This document shows positions 27,831 through 40,713 of a DNA stretch of 64,000 nt, piece by piece. Source of the DNA: Eledone cirrhosa (taxonomy: Eukaryota); assembly GCA_964016885.1 (NCBI GenBank), contig OZ024751.1, positions 22,072,001 through 22,136,000 of the forward strand. The letters are read 5' to 3'. Below the pieces are notes generated by a model, which was given only the letters and a program-made list of their open reading frames with translations, was not told the origin of the DNA and searched no databases. The position numbers were made by a program, and so were the translations under genes. Every line of letters begins with the position of its first letter. Position 1 is the first letter of the stretch.

Positions 27831-28017
27831 GAAAGAGACGAAAAGATTTTTTGGGGTTTCTTCTTATTTTTCTTCTTTTTAACGAAACCTCGAAGAGTAA
27901 AAAGTTGCGTTAATCTTAGTCGAGATATTGTGATGTTACATTGAGGCTGAGTTCCGGGAAAATATTTCACAGTATCGGGCGGTAAATTTCAACAACAAAT
28001 ACCTTCTCTTCAGATAT

Positions 28018-30507
28018 TTGACACTACAGCTGATAAACACAGCAACACTTGTCAACCACGCACACAGCTATCTAACATCTATCTATAAGCACGAAGGCTG
28101 CGTTGTCCGAAGTAAAATACGTGCTCTAGGGAACGAGGGGACCAAAGCTGTTAGCTGGGCCCGCGTGACAGAGGCCAACAGTGGAACTAAATCCACCATC
28201 CGGTCTTTGCGAGACCTGGATGGACGGGCGATTCTTGAGCCTAAGCAGATGTGTGAGGCCTTTCAAAGGCACTTTGCCCGACTGTTCGGGAGGGGCGGGG
28301 AGCCGGTTGGGAACGTGGACTTCGGTCCATACCTCGACGGCCTGCCGCGCCTCTCGGACAGGGAGGCGAAGTCCTGCGAGGAGCCGATTTCGGCCGCTGA
28401 GATAGAGGACGTGCTGAGCCAATGCGGCAAACGCAAATCCCCGGGTCTCGATGGTCTTCCTTACGAATTATATCTAGCTATGCCGGACTTGTTCCCCGAT
28501 CTCCTCGAGGCGGTCTACTGCAACTGGCAACAGAACGGGAGAATTCCCTGTACTGTGACCAAGGGCGTAGTCACGCTAGTGAGGAAGGACGAGAACAAGG
28601 GGGACGAAATAAGTAACTTCAGGCCCATAACACTGCTAAATACAGAGTTACAGATTTTGGCCAAGGTGCTAGCAAAGAGGTTGGCGCTTGTCGTGGGCAA
28701 CCTGGTGGGAGATGCGCAGACATGCGCTATCCCGTCCAGGTCCATCCATGACAACCTCCACCTCATGCGATACATCATAGAGAGGGTTGGGAACGAACCC
28801 GGCTTTGGTGGGGCTCTGATCAACTTGGATCAATCTAAGGCGTTCGATAGGGTCGACCATGGTTACCTGGATGCGGTGCTAGCGGCGGCAGGCTTCGGAC
28901 CCGTTTTCAGGGGCTGGATCACTGCTATGCACAGCAGCCGCATCTGCTCTAGGGTCAAGGTGAACGGCTACCTCTCGGAGCCGTTCAAAATCGCGCGGTC
29001 CATCCGACAAGGGTGCCCTCTCTCCTCCCTTCTGTATGTATTGACTCTCGAGCCACTACTGCGGAAGTTGGAGTTGTTGCAGGGCATCCCTTTGGAACCG
29101 GGATTGCGGAAAGCGGTGTCGGCCTACGCCGATGACGTGACAGTAATGGTGTCGACGGCCTCCGAAATCGAGGCGGTCGGCACATTACTGGAGGAGTACG
29201 AAAAGTTCACAGGGGCTAAGCTGAACCGGGACAAGTCGATCGGTTTGCAACTCGGCACGTGGAGGGGCAGACCGATGCCCTCCGATAGCGTCGTCGGACG
29301 CTGGACGGAGGGCCCGGTGAAGTTGCTCGGGGTCTGGTTCGGACCGGACCTCCAGGTGGAGAAAAACTGGGCGGAGGTTACGAACAGAGTGTTTGCACTG
29401 ACCCAGAAGTGGGCCAGTTGCAAACTATCCCTGAAAGGTCGGGCGGAGGTGGCGAACACCTACATAGCGTCCGTCATCTACTACCGCCTGACCGTAGTGC
29501 CCTGCCCAAGGGAAACCCTCACCAAGATGGAGCGCGCGCTCTTCCAATTCCTTTGGAAGAGGCGGGCTCCTATGGTGAGGAGATCCATCTGCTGTCAACA
29601 CCCTTCGAAAGGAGGGCTGGGGATGCCGTGGCTAATGATGCGTAAACACGCATTAAGGCTACGGCACCTCTACGTATTCCTCACCGGACAACCGGTGTGG
29701 GCCTCGTTTGTGAGACGAACCTTTCCCAGACTCGTCTCACTCACCGAGCTGCAATCCTGGGTCAAGCAAAGACCGAGAAAACTGGGCGCCTGGCACACTG
29801 AGTGTGCCCAGGCGCTCACCGCCCTCTGGCAGGCGGATCCGGTTATCAGTGGAGACTCCACCGCAACATTCTATAGAGGGCTGGTACGCAGCAGGTGCGA
29901 CGACGCCCTCGGAGAAGCCCTAGACATGGAGGAGGACGAACTGGCCAGCCTTTTCGGTAGGACATTCAGCCCGGGACCTATGGACAACTTCCAGAAGTCC
30001 CTGGCCTGGCAGTGCTACCGAGGGGCTTTACCCGTTCGAGAAAGGCTCTACAGACACGGGCGCCCGGGTAGGGACCCCGCCAAAAAGATCTGTCCCAGAT
30101 GCGTGTGCGACGAGGAAACCGTTGCACACGCATTAGTACACTGCTCGGGCGTAGCCGATCTGTGGGGCTATGTCGAACAACTGCTGTCAAGGGTGGGACC
30201 GATCCGGTTGACCACCGAGTCTATTGTAATGATCAAGCCGCCTCCCCCCTTCAAAGATGAAGCAGAGGCGGTGTTTCTGTGCGTAATAGCCATGGCGAAA
30301 GAGGTTGTATGGTGGACGCGTCTGAAAGGACTGAGGTCGGGCACCTTTCTCTCTGGCCAACAACTGGTCCGTTTCTTCCGATATCATTTCGGAAGAAGGA
30401 TCAGGATGGAGAGAGAGGTGCTGCACCCCAGCCGTTTCTATGAAAGATGGGTGAAAGTGGCGAGAATGGCCCGTGTGAATGGGCCTTCACTCTACATCAG
30501 ACTATAG
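28018..30507 (+). CDS. LINE ORF2 remnant: reverse transcriptase plus C-terminal CCHC zinc knuckle, endonuclease missing
   Basis: KSPGLDGLPYE, NFRPITLLN, LDQSKAFDRVDH, RQGCPLS, YADD (29125-29136), KLLGVWF, GGLGMP, CPRC..ETVAHALVHC. No stop codon over ~2.4 kb. The TTG start and first ~22 codons are flanking DNA. Confidence 0.85.
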   Translation: MTLQLINTATLVNHAHSYLTSIYKHEGCVVRSKIRALGNEGTKAVSWARVTEANSGTKSTIRSLRDLDGRAILEPKQMCEAFQRHFARLFGRGGEPVGNVDFGPYLDGLPRLSDREAKSCEEPISAAEIEDVLSQCGKRKSPGLDGLPYELYLAMPDLFPDLLEAVYCNWQQNGRIPCTVTKGVVTLVRKDENKGDEISNFRPITLLNTELQILAKVLAKRLALVVGNLVGDAQTCAIPSRSIHDNLHLMRYIIERVGNEPGFGGALINLDQSKAFDRVDHGYLDAVLAAAGFGPVFRGWITAMHSSRICSRVKVNGYLSEPFKIARSIRQGCPLSSLLYVLTLEPLLRKLELLQGIPLEPGLRKAVSAYADDVTVMVSTASEIEAVGTLLEEYEKFTGAKLNRDKSIGLQLGTWRGRPMPSDSVVGRWTEGPVKLLGVWFGPDLQVEKNWAEVTNRVFALTQKWASCKLSLKGRAEVANTYIASVIYYRLTVVPCPRETLTKMERALFQFLWKRRAPMVRRSICCQHPSKGGLGMPWLMMRKHALRLRHLYVFLTGQPVWASFVRRTFPRLVSLTELQSWVKQRPRKLGAWHTECAQALTALWQADPVISGDSTATFYRGLVRSRCDDALGEALDMEEDELASLFGRTFSPGPMDNFQKSLAWQCYRGALPVRERLYRHGRPGRDPAKKICPRCVCDEETVAHALVHCSGVADLWGYVEQLLSRVGPIRLTTESIVMIKPPPPFKDEAEAVFLCVIAMAKEVVWWTRLKGLRSGTFLSGQQLVRFFRYHFGRRIRMEREVLHPSRFYERWVKVARMARVNGPSLYIRL

Positions 30508-30770
30508 GTGAGGAAGATGAAAGACCAAGGGAGCACCCCTTCTCTGTGCTCCTGAGGAGAAGGGTTGCACACTTTTTTCGGGGGTGTGTGCGACCCCCCC
30601 AAGGCGCCTCCTCTCTATTGAGGATTTTGTTAAAAATTTTATTTTTTGTTATATCTTATTTTATTTTTATATTTTGTTATTGCCTCCTCCTTATTGAGGA
30701 CGCCTTTTTGTGTAAACTCCCCCCTTTGTACTTGTCCCACTTTTGATGCCCTAGTGGCAAATAAAAGAAA
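28086..30770 (+). mobile_element. 5'-truncated Tx1/L1-clade LINE
   Basis: Abrupt rise in GC at ~28086, ORF to 30507, 3' UTR with AATAAA at 30760-30765, then (TATC)n. Confidence 0.92.
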
Positions 30771-30893
30771 TATATCTATCTATCTATCTATCTATCTATC
30801 TGTCCTATCTATCTACCTACACACTTACCTACATACCTACACACCTATCTATCTAACATATTTATCTATCTTTCTGTCTCAATGTAAATTTAT

Positions 30894-30936
<43 letters not shown>

Positions 30937-31030
30937 CCGCATATATATATATGTAACTAACCATCTTACTGTTATTATCTATCTGCCTACCTACTTCTCT
31001 CTCTCTCTCTCCCTCCTCTCTCTCTCTCTC

Positions 31031-31087
<57 letters not shown>

Positions 31088-31103
31088 ATATATATATATA
31101 TAC

Positions 31104-31153
<50 letters not shown>

Positions 31154-31423
31154 GTATTTTCATCGTCTTACATATATTAGAGTTTTCTATTCATCTTGTG
31201 TAGGAATAATAAAAATTATGTTTACCTTTCCAGCTTACAAACTTTCTTACTCTTTAATCCTCCATCCTTCTATCCACCCACCCACCCACATACTATGAGA
31301 CCTCTCAACCCACCTGTTGCACCTTCCAGCTATCTATATCTATCTATTCTCCCCTCTCTCTATTTACCTATATATTTCCTCAATCTATTTACCTGTATAT
31401 TTACGTCTTTTTCTCTATTATCT

Positions 31424-31455
<32 letters not shown>

Positions 31456-31538
31456 GTACACACACATATATATAACTTTCTCTCTCTATCTACTTATCTA
31501 TCTATCTATCTACTTATCTATCTATCTATCTATCTATC

Positions 31539-31812
31539 CTCTTTGTATTTGTCCCCTTCTTTTGTGCCCCTGTGGCTAATAAAGAAACATATCGACTTTT
31601 TATTGTTATATTATTATTGTTATTCCTTTTTTCTTTACTCGATTTATGTAAACTCCCCCACTGTGTAAATGTCCCCTTCTTTTGTGCCCTCGTGGCAAAT
31701 AAATAGAAATTTATCTATCTATTTATCTATTATCTATCTATCTATCTATGTATCTATCTATCCTCTTTGTATTTGTCCCCTTCTTTTGTGCCCCTGTGGT
31801 TAATAAAGAAAC
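31539..31812 (+). mobile_element. Three very short 3'-end fragments of the Tx1-like LINE inside a (TATC)n array
   Basis: 31539-31588, ~31595-31709 and 31764-31812 all match tgtcccc..tttgtgccc..gtggc.aataaa.gaaa, as at 30725-30770. Confidence 0.8.
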
Positions 31813-31813
31813 A

Positions 31814-31910
<97 letters not shown>

Positions 31911-32217
31911 ACCTACCTATTTAATCTATCTGTATTTGATATTTATATAAAGGTGGTGTAGTAAATAATTTGCCTTTATTTGTTTCTGTTAAATATATAT
32001 ACATTTGCACATTAAAAACAATTATATATGTAATACATATATATATCTTTTAAAACTTTAAATTATAAAAAAAACAAAACATAATTAAAATGAAAAAGAA
32101 ACAATTCCTTTTATTTTCGACTTCAGATAAATTCTAATCGATTTGAATCAATTATCAATATTTCTGTTCGATTTGAAAATCACCCATACCTTCTGTAAAA
32201 CCACCTCATACAAAAAA

Positions 32218-33126
<909 letters not shown>

Positions 33127-33324
33127 ATATATATTTATTATTCTGAGTTCAAATCCCGACGAGGTTAACTTTGCCTTTCATCCTTACGGGGTCGATAAAA
33201 TATAGTACCAGTAATGCACTGGGTAATTGCTGGCCTTGTGCCTAAAGTAGAAACAATTATTATTACTATATATATATGTGTCTGATGCTTCCATAAGCGT
33301 TTTCTATTATATATATATATATAT

Positions 33325-33893
33325 GACTAAAAGATTAACAAGGTTCATTGATTAATCAATGAATATAGTTTTACAATAGATTAGAAGCACTCAACAGTTA
33401 GGTTTTCTGGAGTTATTAATATTACTTCAAAATATTAATAAATATAGACATTCATGTGATCAAATATATTTTATTATATATATTTCAGAGGTACTGAGCT
33501 GTTTCATTAGTACGTCCTCATCAGATAAAATAAATTGATGTGTGACATGGTTCAATTCCAGTTTTGGCAGTGATTAATTATGACAAAACTCAATATTTAT
33601 ATACCATAAGTACTAACATGACAAACTACATATAATTGAGAGGGTACGTAGGAAAACGTGTAGAAAAAAATACTATAAGTATATATAAAGACAAGTAAAA
33701 TATATAACCATATAAGTACATAACTGTTAAAAATTTAAATAATTCCAAAACTGGAATTGAACTATCAGCACAGTTGAGTTATGTCAGACATCAATTTATT
33801 TTATCTGATGAGGACGTACTGATGAAACAGCTCAGTACCTCTGAAATATATATAATAAAATATATTTGATCTATATTTATTAATATTTTGAAG

Positions 33894-33898
<5 letters not shown>
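33325..33898 (-). mobile_element. Fold-back Penelope-like pLTR element, family A copy 3
   Basis: Inverted arms 33420-33567/33745-33898 (with indels), ~180-bp spacer, ~95-bp unpaired tail, (TA)n on both sides. Confidence 0.75.
33797..33862 (+). ncRNA. Minimal type I hammerhead ribozyme motif (mirror copy at 33467-33532, minus strand)
   Basis: Helix I UAUUUUAU/AUAAAAUA; CUGAUGA 33805-33811; helix II GGA/UCU plus GUACUGA/UCAGUAC; GAAA 33843-33846; palindromic AUAUAUAU; predicted cut after 33854. Confidence 0.82.
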
Positions 33899-33942
<44 letters not shown>

Positions 33943-34001
33943 ATTATATATATATATATATTATATATATATATATATTATATATATATATATATATATG
34001 T

Positions 34002-34100
<99 letters not shown>

Positions 34101-34112
34101 ATATATTATATA

Positions 34113-34187
<75 letters not shown>

Positions 34188-34214
34188 ATTATATATATAT
34201 ATATATATTATATA

Positions 34215-34267
<53 letters not shown>

Positions 34268-34394
34268 ATATATATTATGTATATTGGCAACATGACCCTC
34301 CCAAAGTATAACAATATATATATACACACACATATATATATATGTATATATACTTATGTATATATATATACATATATATATATGTGTGTGTGTA

Positions 34395-34490
<96 letters not shown>

Positions 34491-34524
34491 TATATATGTA
34501 TATATATGTATATATATATGTACA

Positions 34525-34593
<69 letters not shown>

Positions 34594-34698
34594 GTATATA
34601 TATGTATATATATATGTATATATATATATATATATATGCATGCTCACACACACACATATATATACATACATATATACACATGCATGCATGTGTATAAG

Positions 34699-34729
<31 letters not shown>

Positions 34730-34749
34730 GAAGAAAAATGGCATCAAGA

Positions 34750-34976
34750 AAACCGTGACGTATAATATACGGCATAGAGAAAAATAAAGGAGGGGAGGGG
34801 GGGAGATAGATACGTCATTAAGTAATAAGAGGTGGAGGAGAAATAGTGTGGGAGAGGAGCATGAGGCAGAGGAGAAAGACATATATATATGTATATATAT
34901 ATATATATATTGCATATATAAATGCATCTATATATACATATATATGTATGTATATATATATATGTATGTATATGTA

Positions 34977-35019
<43 letters not shown>

Positions 35020-35133
35020 GCGAATTGGCTATTCCATTCTGTATAAATTCTCTTGGATAGCCGTAGTGGAGTGTATATATTTCGTGTAACGCCCCAAACG
35101 ACTTTGACCGGTCGTTGAAGAAGAAATATACAG
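34750..35133 (+). promoter_or_regulatory. Candidate Pol II promoter and non-coding first exon
   Basis: CRE-like TGACGTA 34756, TACGTCA 34811 and 35191; ATTGG 35024; TATAAA 35042-35047; donor CAG|GTAGGT after 35133. Confidence 0.4.
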
Positions 35134-35440
35134 GTAGGTGTTTAGTTTGAATGGTGAATGTAGGAGTGACAAAAAGAAGAAGAAGAAGACTACGTCAGGC
35201 GTGTTGTTGTTACTGAGCCACTTGGACACAGCTGCTGATACCTGCCTCTATACATACAAGTCGTCGAGCTAAGTAAGCAAAAGCAAAAGCAGCCGAGCCA
35301 ACTTCAAACTACAAAAGGCTGTGTTGTTGTGTCTGTGTTTTGTTTCTCTGCTATTTATTCTTTTAGAAAAACAACGCCGAAACTTTGTAGATTGCTTGTA
35401 ACATAAACAATAGTAATAATAGTAAGTAAGTAAGTAAGTA

Positions 35441-35478
<38 letters not shown>

Positions 35479-35810
35479 TAATACTAACAACAGCAACCAG
35501 CACAACAATAACGTATATATATATAAATACATACATATATATTATATATAAATAAATAAATATATATAAATATATATATTTTTTTATATATATATACATT
35601 TATATACATATATTTATATATATATGTATTTATTTATCTCTCTATATATATAATTACATACACATATACATACACACATATATATATATATATGTATATA
35701 TACACATATATATTTATTTATACAGCTGACTAACAGAAACGCACTTGGAAAACTCCAACTACACAAGAAAACAAAAACAAAGAAACAAACAAAAACAACA
35801 CATATAAACA

Positions 35811-35880
35811 ATGAAGGCTGCAAATAGTTCGATACTTTGTTTCCTGATCATCCTTATTGCATTGACAATGTCATCCCAAG
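35811..35880 (+). CDS. Probable first coding exon of a secreted or membrane protein (signal peptide MKAANSSILCFLIILIALTMSSQ, phase-1 intron)
   Basis: Acceptor tacag| at 35725, A-rich 5' UTR, AAACAATG start context, basic-hydrophobic-polar peptide, donor AAG|GTAGGT after 35880. Confidence 0.7.
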
Positions 35881-36449
35881 GTAGGTTAAAAGATTTCTAT
35901 ATACCTTCTATATACCTTCTATATACCTTCTATATACTTTCTATATATTTTCTGTATATTTTTCATCTTTTATTAAAAAAAGTTTGCTGTTTGGTTCGAT
36001 ATTATGAAAAAAAAAAAAAAAAAAAAATACAATCATCTCTGTTTCATTTACCGGTCATTCACACACCTCACAACTTAACTTTTCTTTTTATCGACTACTA
36101 GCCAGTGATTTCTGTCCTTAGGGATATTTGTACTCGACTTACGTGTGGTTGTCACTGTCGCAATTCGGTTGTTTTAATAACTATTTCTTGCGTTCGAGTT
36201 TTCAAATTATTCCTCTGAATTAAAAAAAATTATATGTTTGTCGTATTTTGTACAATGTCCACGAAATGTAGCTGCAAGGAATAATATATGAATATAAATA
36301 TAAACTAAATAACTACAGAACATAAAGTCAAATAACAACACCAATAAAAATAATTATTTCTTATATTGGCTACAAGGACCCATCATTATGGGGACAATAC
36401 GAGGACGAAAGAAAACAACAAGAAAGGGGACATCATTGAAGAAAAAACA

Positions 36450-36632
36450 ATCATCATCGTCCATCTTCCACGCTAGTATGGGTTAGACGGTTTTGTTCCA
36501 TTTGATGCGGGATTGGTCGGGAGTCCGTGTCTCGCTTGTACGGAAGTATCTCTGGCAGGTTTTCTAAGGCTGGATGCCCTTCTTAACACCAAACACTTTT
36601 ACAGTGTGGACTGGGAGCCTTTTTACCGTGTC
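36450..36632 (-). mobile_element. SINE/RTE-type tail fragment
   Basis: tcatcatcgtcc...atgggttagacgg...ggctggatgcccttc with an (ATG)n-type tail; recognised by motif only. Confidence 0.5.
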
Positions 36633-36659
36633 TCCTACACGACCACTTTACAATGGAAT

Positions 36660-37025
36660 TTGTAATAAATATACATAACAATAGAAAATAATAGCAATAA
36701 CGAATGTCAACAAAGGACCAGTTCCTCAAATGTGGGGAAAACTGCATTTTAGGGTAATTCCAGGGAAAACCCTCCCCCAAATTGAAACCGCTAAGTTACC
36801 CTGTTGCCTCACGGGCATTGAAAATGCTCTCTCTCAGTTTCCTTCTTCCTGCTTAGGAAAACAAAGTCAGAATAGGCTCACACAGTCTGGTCAATCTCTC
36901 GCAGCTTCCCTCCCTTACTATCTTTCATAAAACACACTAGAAGGCAGTACCCCCCTCTCCACCCTCACCTTCCTCCTTAAGTGAAACTTGAAGAAGTTGA
37001 TGTGGGCTTGGCCGGAGAGGAAGAT
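36660..37025 (-). mobile_element. Tx1-like LINE 3' fragment
   Basis: Minus strand FLSGQAHINFFKFHLRRKVRVERGVLPSSVFYER, homologous to the C-terminus of the 28018 ORF, followed by a T-rich UTR. Confidence 0.8.
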
Positions 37026-37287
37026 AAAAATAACAACATATGTTTTGATTTCATCACTTTTGTCTTTTAACAGTAATAAGATTATTATTGCCATTATCAT
37101 CATCATCCTCATCACCATCATCACCATCACCATCATCACCTTCATCACCTTTATCATAATTATCATTATCATCACCAACATAATAATAATCATCATCATC
37201 TTTATTATTATCATTTCTTTTGTCATGCAGTGTAGATGGAAAATGCACCGAAGTATTTAGTCATTATCGTTAATATTATTATTTCAG

Positions 37288-39140
37288 AGAGAGAGAGAGT
37301 AGGGTGTAAACCTGGCTTCGGTGGTGCTCTGATCAATTTAGATCAATCGAAAGCATTCGATAGGGTCGATCATCGGTACCTCGAGGTTGTCCTCAAGGCA
37401 GCTGGCTTCGGTCCCGTCTTCAGAAGCTGGATGGCTGCAATGCACAGCGGCATCTGCTCAGTGGTCAAAGTTAATGGCCACCTCTCGGAACCGTTTCAGA
37501 TCTCCTGATCGGTCCGCAAGGGTGCCCCCTCTCCTCCCTTCTGAACGTATTGACTCTCGAGCCTCTACTGCTCGCACCGGGACACGGAAGGGCTGTGTCG
37601 GCTTATGCAGACGACATCACCCTGATGGTGTCGGACACCTCGGAAATCGAGGTGATCGGCTCCTTATTGGAGGAATATGAAAGGTTGACGGGAGCAAAAC
37701 TTAACCCAGAAAAGTCGATGGGCTTGTTGCTCGGGGTTTGGTTCGGACAAGAATTGGGACGAGATGACGATCAGAGTAGTCAGTCTCACCCAGAAATGGG
37801 CTGCAAGGAAGCTGTCACTGAAAGGTCGGGTGGAGGTGGATAATGCGTACATCGCGTCCGTCATCTACTACTGCCTGACTGCCGTGCCTTGCCCCGTCTA
37901 CGCCTTGCCAAGTTCAAACGGCTCCTCTTCAACTTCTTGTGGAGAGGACAGGTTCCGTTGGTGAGGCGGTTCATCTGCTGCCAGCACCCTCTACGCGGAG
38001 AACTGTGTATGCCTTGGCTAATGATGCGCAAACATGGGCTGAGGCTGCAGCATCTCCAGATATTCTGCCTAAACGGTGAACAGATGTGGTCGCCGTTTGT
38101 CGGACGGGCCTTTCCGCAGCTCGTCTCTTTGACTGAGCTGCATTCCTGGATCGAGAAGAGGCCGAGACTGGGTAACTGGCATCTGGAATGTTGCCAGGTA
38201 CTCACTGCTCTTTACAAGGCGAGCAATGCGGACAGTGGAACTTTCACTCTCAAGTTCTATAGAGGATTAATGGTGGGCAAGTGCGGCTACCCACTCGGAG
38301 AGTCTCTGGGCGTCGACGAAATCAAACTGACCAGTATGTTCCAGAGAACGTTCGAGCCGAGGACGATGGTCAACTTGCAGAAATCCCTCACTTGGCAGTA
38401 CTACCGGGGCGCACTGCCGGTTCGAAAAAAACTCTACAGGCACAGAAGTGCTGATAGCGGCGAAACCGTTCTGCACGCACTCGTCCAGTGTCCGTGCATT
38501 ACTGACTTGTGGAGTTATGTCGAACAGCTGTTGTCGCGTGGAGAATGGATCCGGCTATCGACCGAGTCCATAGTGAAGTCGACCCACCGCCTTCTTTTAG
38601 CCAGGGAGGGCAGGGAATGTTCCTTTGTCTGGTGGCAGTTGCGAAAGAGGTTATATGGTGGACCAGATTGAAAGGACTAAAGACAGACACTTTTCTCTTC
38701 GGCCAATCCCTCAGCAACTTCTTCAAGTTTCACTTTGAAAGGAAGGTGAGGGTGGAGAGAGAAGTGCTGCCCCCCCCCCCCCCCAGTACATTTGCTAAAA
38801 GGTGGATGAATGTGACGAGAATGGTCCGTGTGAGTGGGCTTACTCTGACCATGCACCTGTAGGCTGGTTAATTTCAGAAGGAGAGGGATGCCCTCCCCAG
38901 ATGCCCTAGAAGTGTCGGGTGGTTCAGGATTGGTGGGGTACCTGAGTCACCCCTGGGTGGTCCCCCCCCATATTGGGGAATTTATTTTGTTATTTTTATA
39001 CATAGTTTATTTTATATTTTTTTCATTGTTAAATTGGTTTTGTTATTGTGCATTTTTACTCGATCTTATTGTAAACCCCTAGTGTTCCTGTCTTTGTATT
39101 GTCCTCTACACGTCGGCCCTTGTGGCCAATAAATGAAATC
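37288..39140 (+). pseudogene. Decayed 5'-truncated Tx1-like LINE
   Basis: Collinear frameshifted pieces: GFGGALINLDQSKAFDRVDH, SAYADD, KLSLKGR, PWLMMRKH, AKEVIWWTRLKGL. Stop at 38862; 3' end gtggccaataaatgaaatc. Confidence 0.9.
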
Positions 39141-39143
39141 ATT

Positions 39144-39330
39144 TGGATTGGCAGTATCGGTAGAGGGTGGGACACCATGCTTTCCAGCATAGTTACGTCC
39201 CTTTACGATCTGAGTTCAAATCCCGTCGAGGTTAACTTTGCCTTTCATCCTTACGGGGTCGATAAAATAAAGTACCAGTAATGCACTGGGTAATTGCTGG
39301 CCTTGTGCCTAAAGTAGAAACAATTATTAT
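39144..39330 (+). mobile_element. Main-family SINE
   Basis: A box, B box GTTCAAATCC, core and (ATT)n tail. Other + copies at 18295, 22700, 33141, 42725, 54375, 55540, 56815, 58925 and 62634. Confidence 0.9.
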
Positions 39331-39550
39331 TGTTATTATTGTTGTTGTTGTAGTCAGCATTATTGTATTGGTCATCATCATTGTTATCATTAATTGTCAA
39401 AGAATCAATACTATTATCTATATGTTAGGGTTTAATTAGTACCATCACTCAGCCACTTTACCTACAGATCAATACTATTTATTGTATACACATTCTGAGA
39501 TATAGATTTTTATAAAATGTTCATAATGCTGTAATATATATATATAAATC

Positions 39551-39610
<60 letters not shown>

Positions 39611-39612
<2 letters not shown>

Positions 39613-39746
39613 TTTATCCCGGGTTCGATCGGAGGTAACCACAGTAAGTAAGGTACTCAATACAAAGCAGAGTATAAATATTTAATATAGGAAAGGCTTC
39701 TACAGGACTAGAACTGTTTCATTCGGGAGAAATCATCAGGAAGCCT
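39611..39746 (-). mobile_element. 136-bp (TA)n-embedded family C element
   Basis: (TA)n on both sides, GTACTC..GAGTA hairpin, and a hammerhead occupying its 5' end. Confidence 0.7.
39694..39746 (-). ncRNA. Type I hammerhead ribozyme motif, family C
   Basis: AGGCUUC-CUGAUGA-U UUC UCCC GAA U-GAAA-CAG UUCUAGUC CUG-UA-GAAGCCU: 7-bp perfect helix I, 4-bp helix III, GUA cleavage triplet. Confidence 0.8.
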
Positions 39747-40713
39747 ATATATATATATATATATTGTCCATGAAAATATATTTTTCAAAGAAAGCACTCA
39801 ATACTTGAGTTCAGTAGAGTGTATACTTATTTATTTGATATTTACCTTACATATGTACAAGTGTTTCAATGTGATAGGAAGATTTTTTAAGGCATTCTGA
39901 TCAATTGGGGTTTATTTATATACTTATTTTTGGAAAGAAAATCGATAAGAAAAAAGACAAACAAATGTATAAAAGAAAGGAAAAGGTTAATATGCCAATA
40001 AGGAGAGGAGGTAAAATAAAGTTAATATTTAATAGGGAATATATTTATTAAAGGGCATGATAAAAAATATCAAGAACTCAGAAATATGGTTACGGCTGAC
40101 TGATTGAAACAAATTTGAATATAGCTCGACACGTCGAACTTTCTTTCCTCTTTCCAATATAAAGCGTGAAACTAAGACATTTTGTACCTCTCAGTTGTCT
40201 CCTTGAAATCTCTTTCTCCCCCCGCCCTCTCTTTCTTTCTCTCTCTGGTTTTCTGAAGGGAGATGAACAGAATCGTTAAAATATCTAACAAAATGTTTTA
40301 TAATTTATGTCCCGTCTATTTACGTTCAAATCATGCTGTCAGCTTTACCTTTCATACCCCCGTGGCCGGTAAAAAATTTCCAGTCAAGTATTAGGGTCAA
40401 TTAACTATTAGCCGTTCCCCACCCAAATTTATAGCCTTCTGTCTCGGAGCCATTTATGTCCCGCTGGGGACAGCAACTACAAGACTTCTTGGGAACGCGT
40501 CGCTTATTCGTATTAATGGACAGCTAGAATATACCTAGAATATCTATATATTTATATCTATATCTATATCTCTCTCTCTATATAAAACTTAATCAAATGT
40601 GTTAAATTACTTCTTTGAGTGCGATATTTTAACTGTATATTTTATCCATTCATTGAGATATATAAGTATTAGATACAAATAACTTTTTAATTGGTATATA
40701 AATATATATATAT

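Noticed and set aside
28126-30426. Overlapping and antisense ORFs within the LINE
   Set aside because: Shadow frames of a GC-rich coding region.
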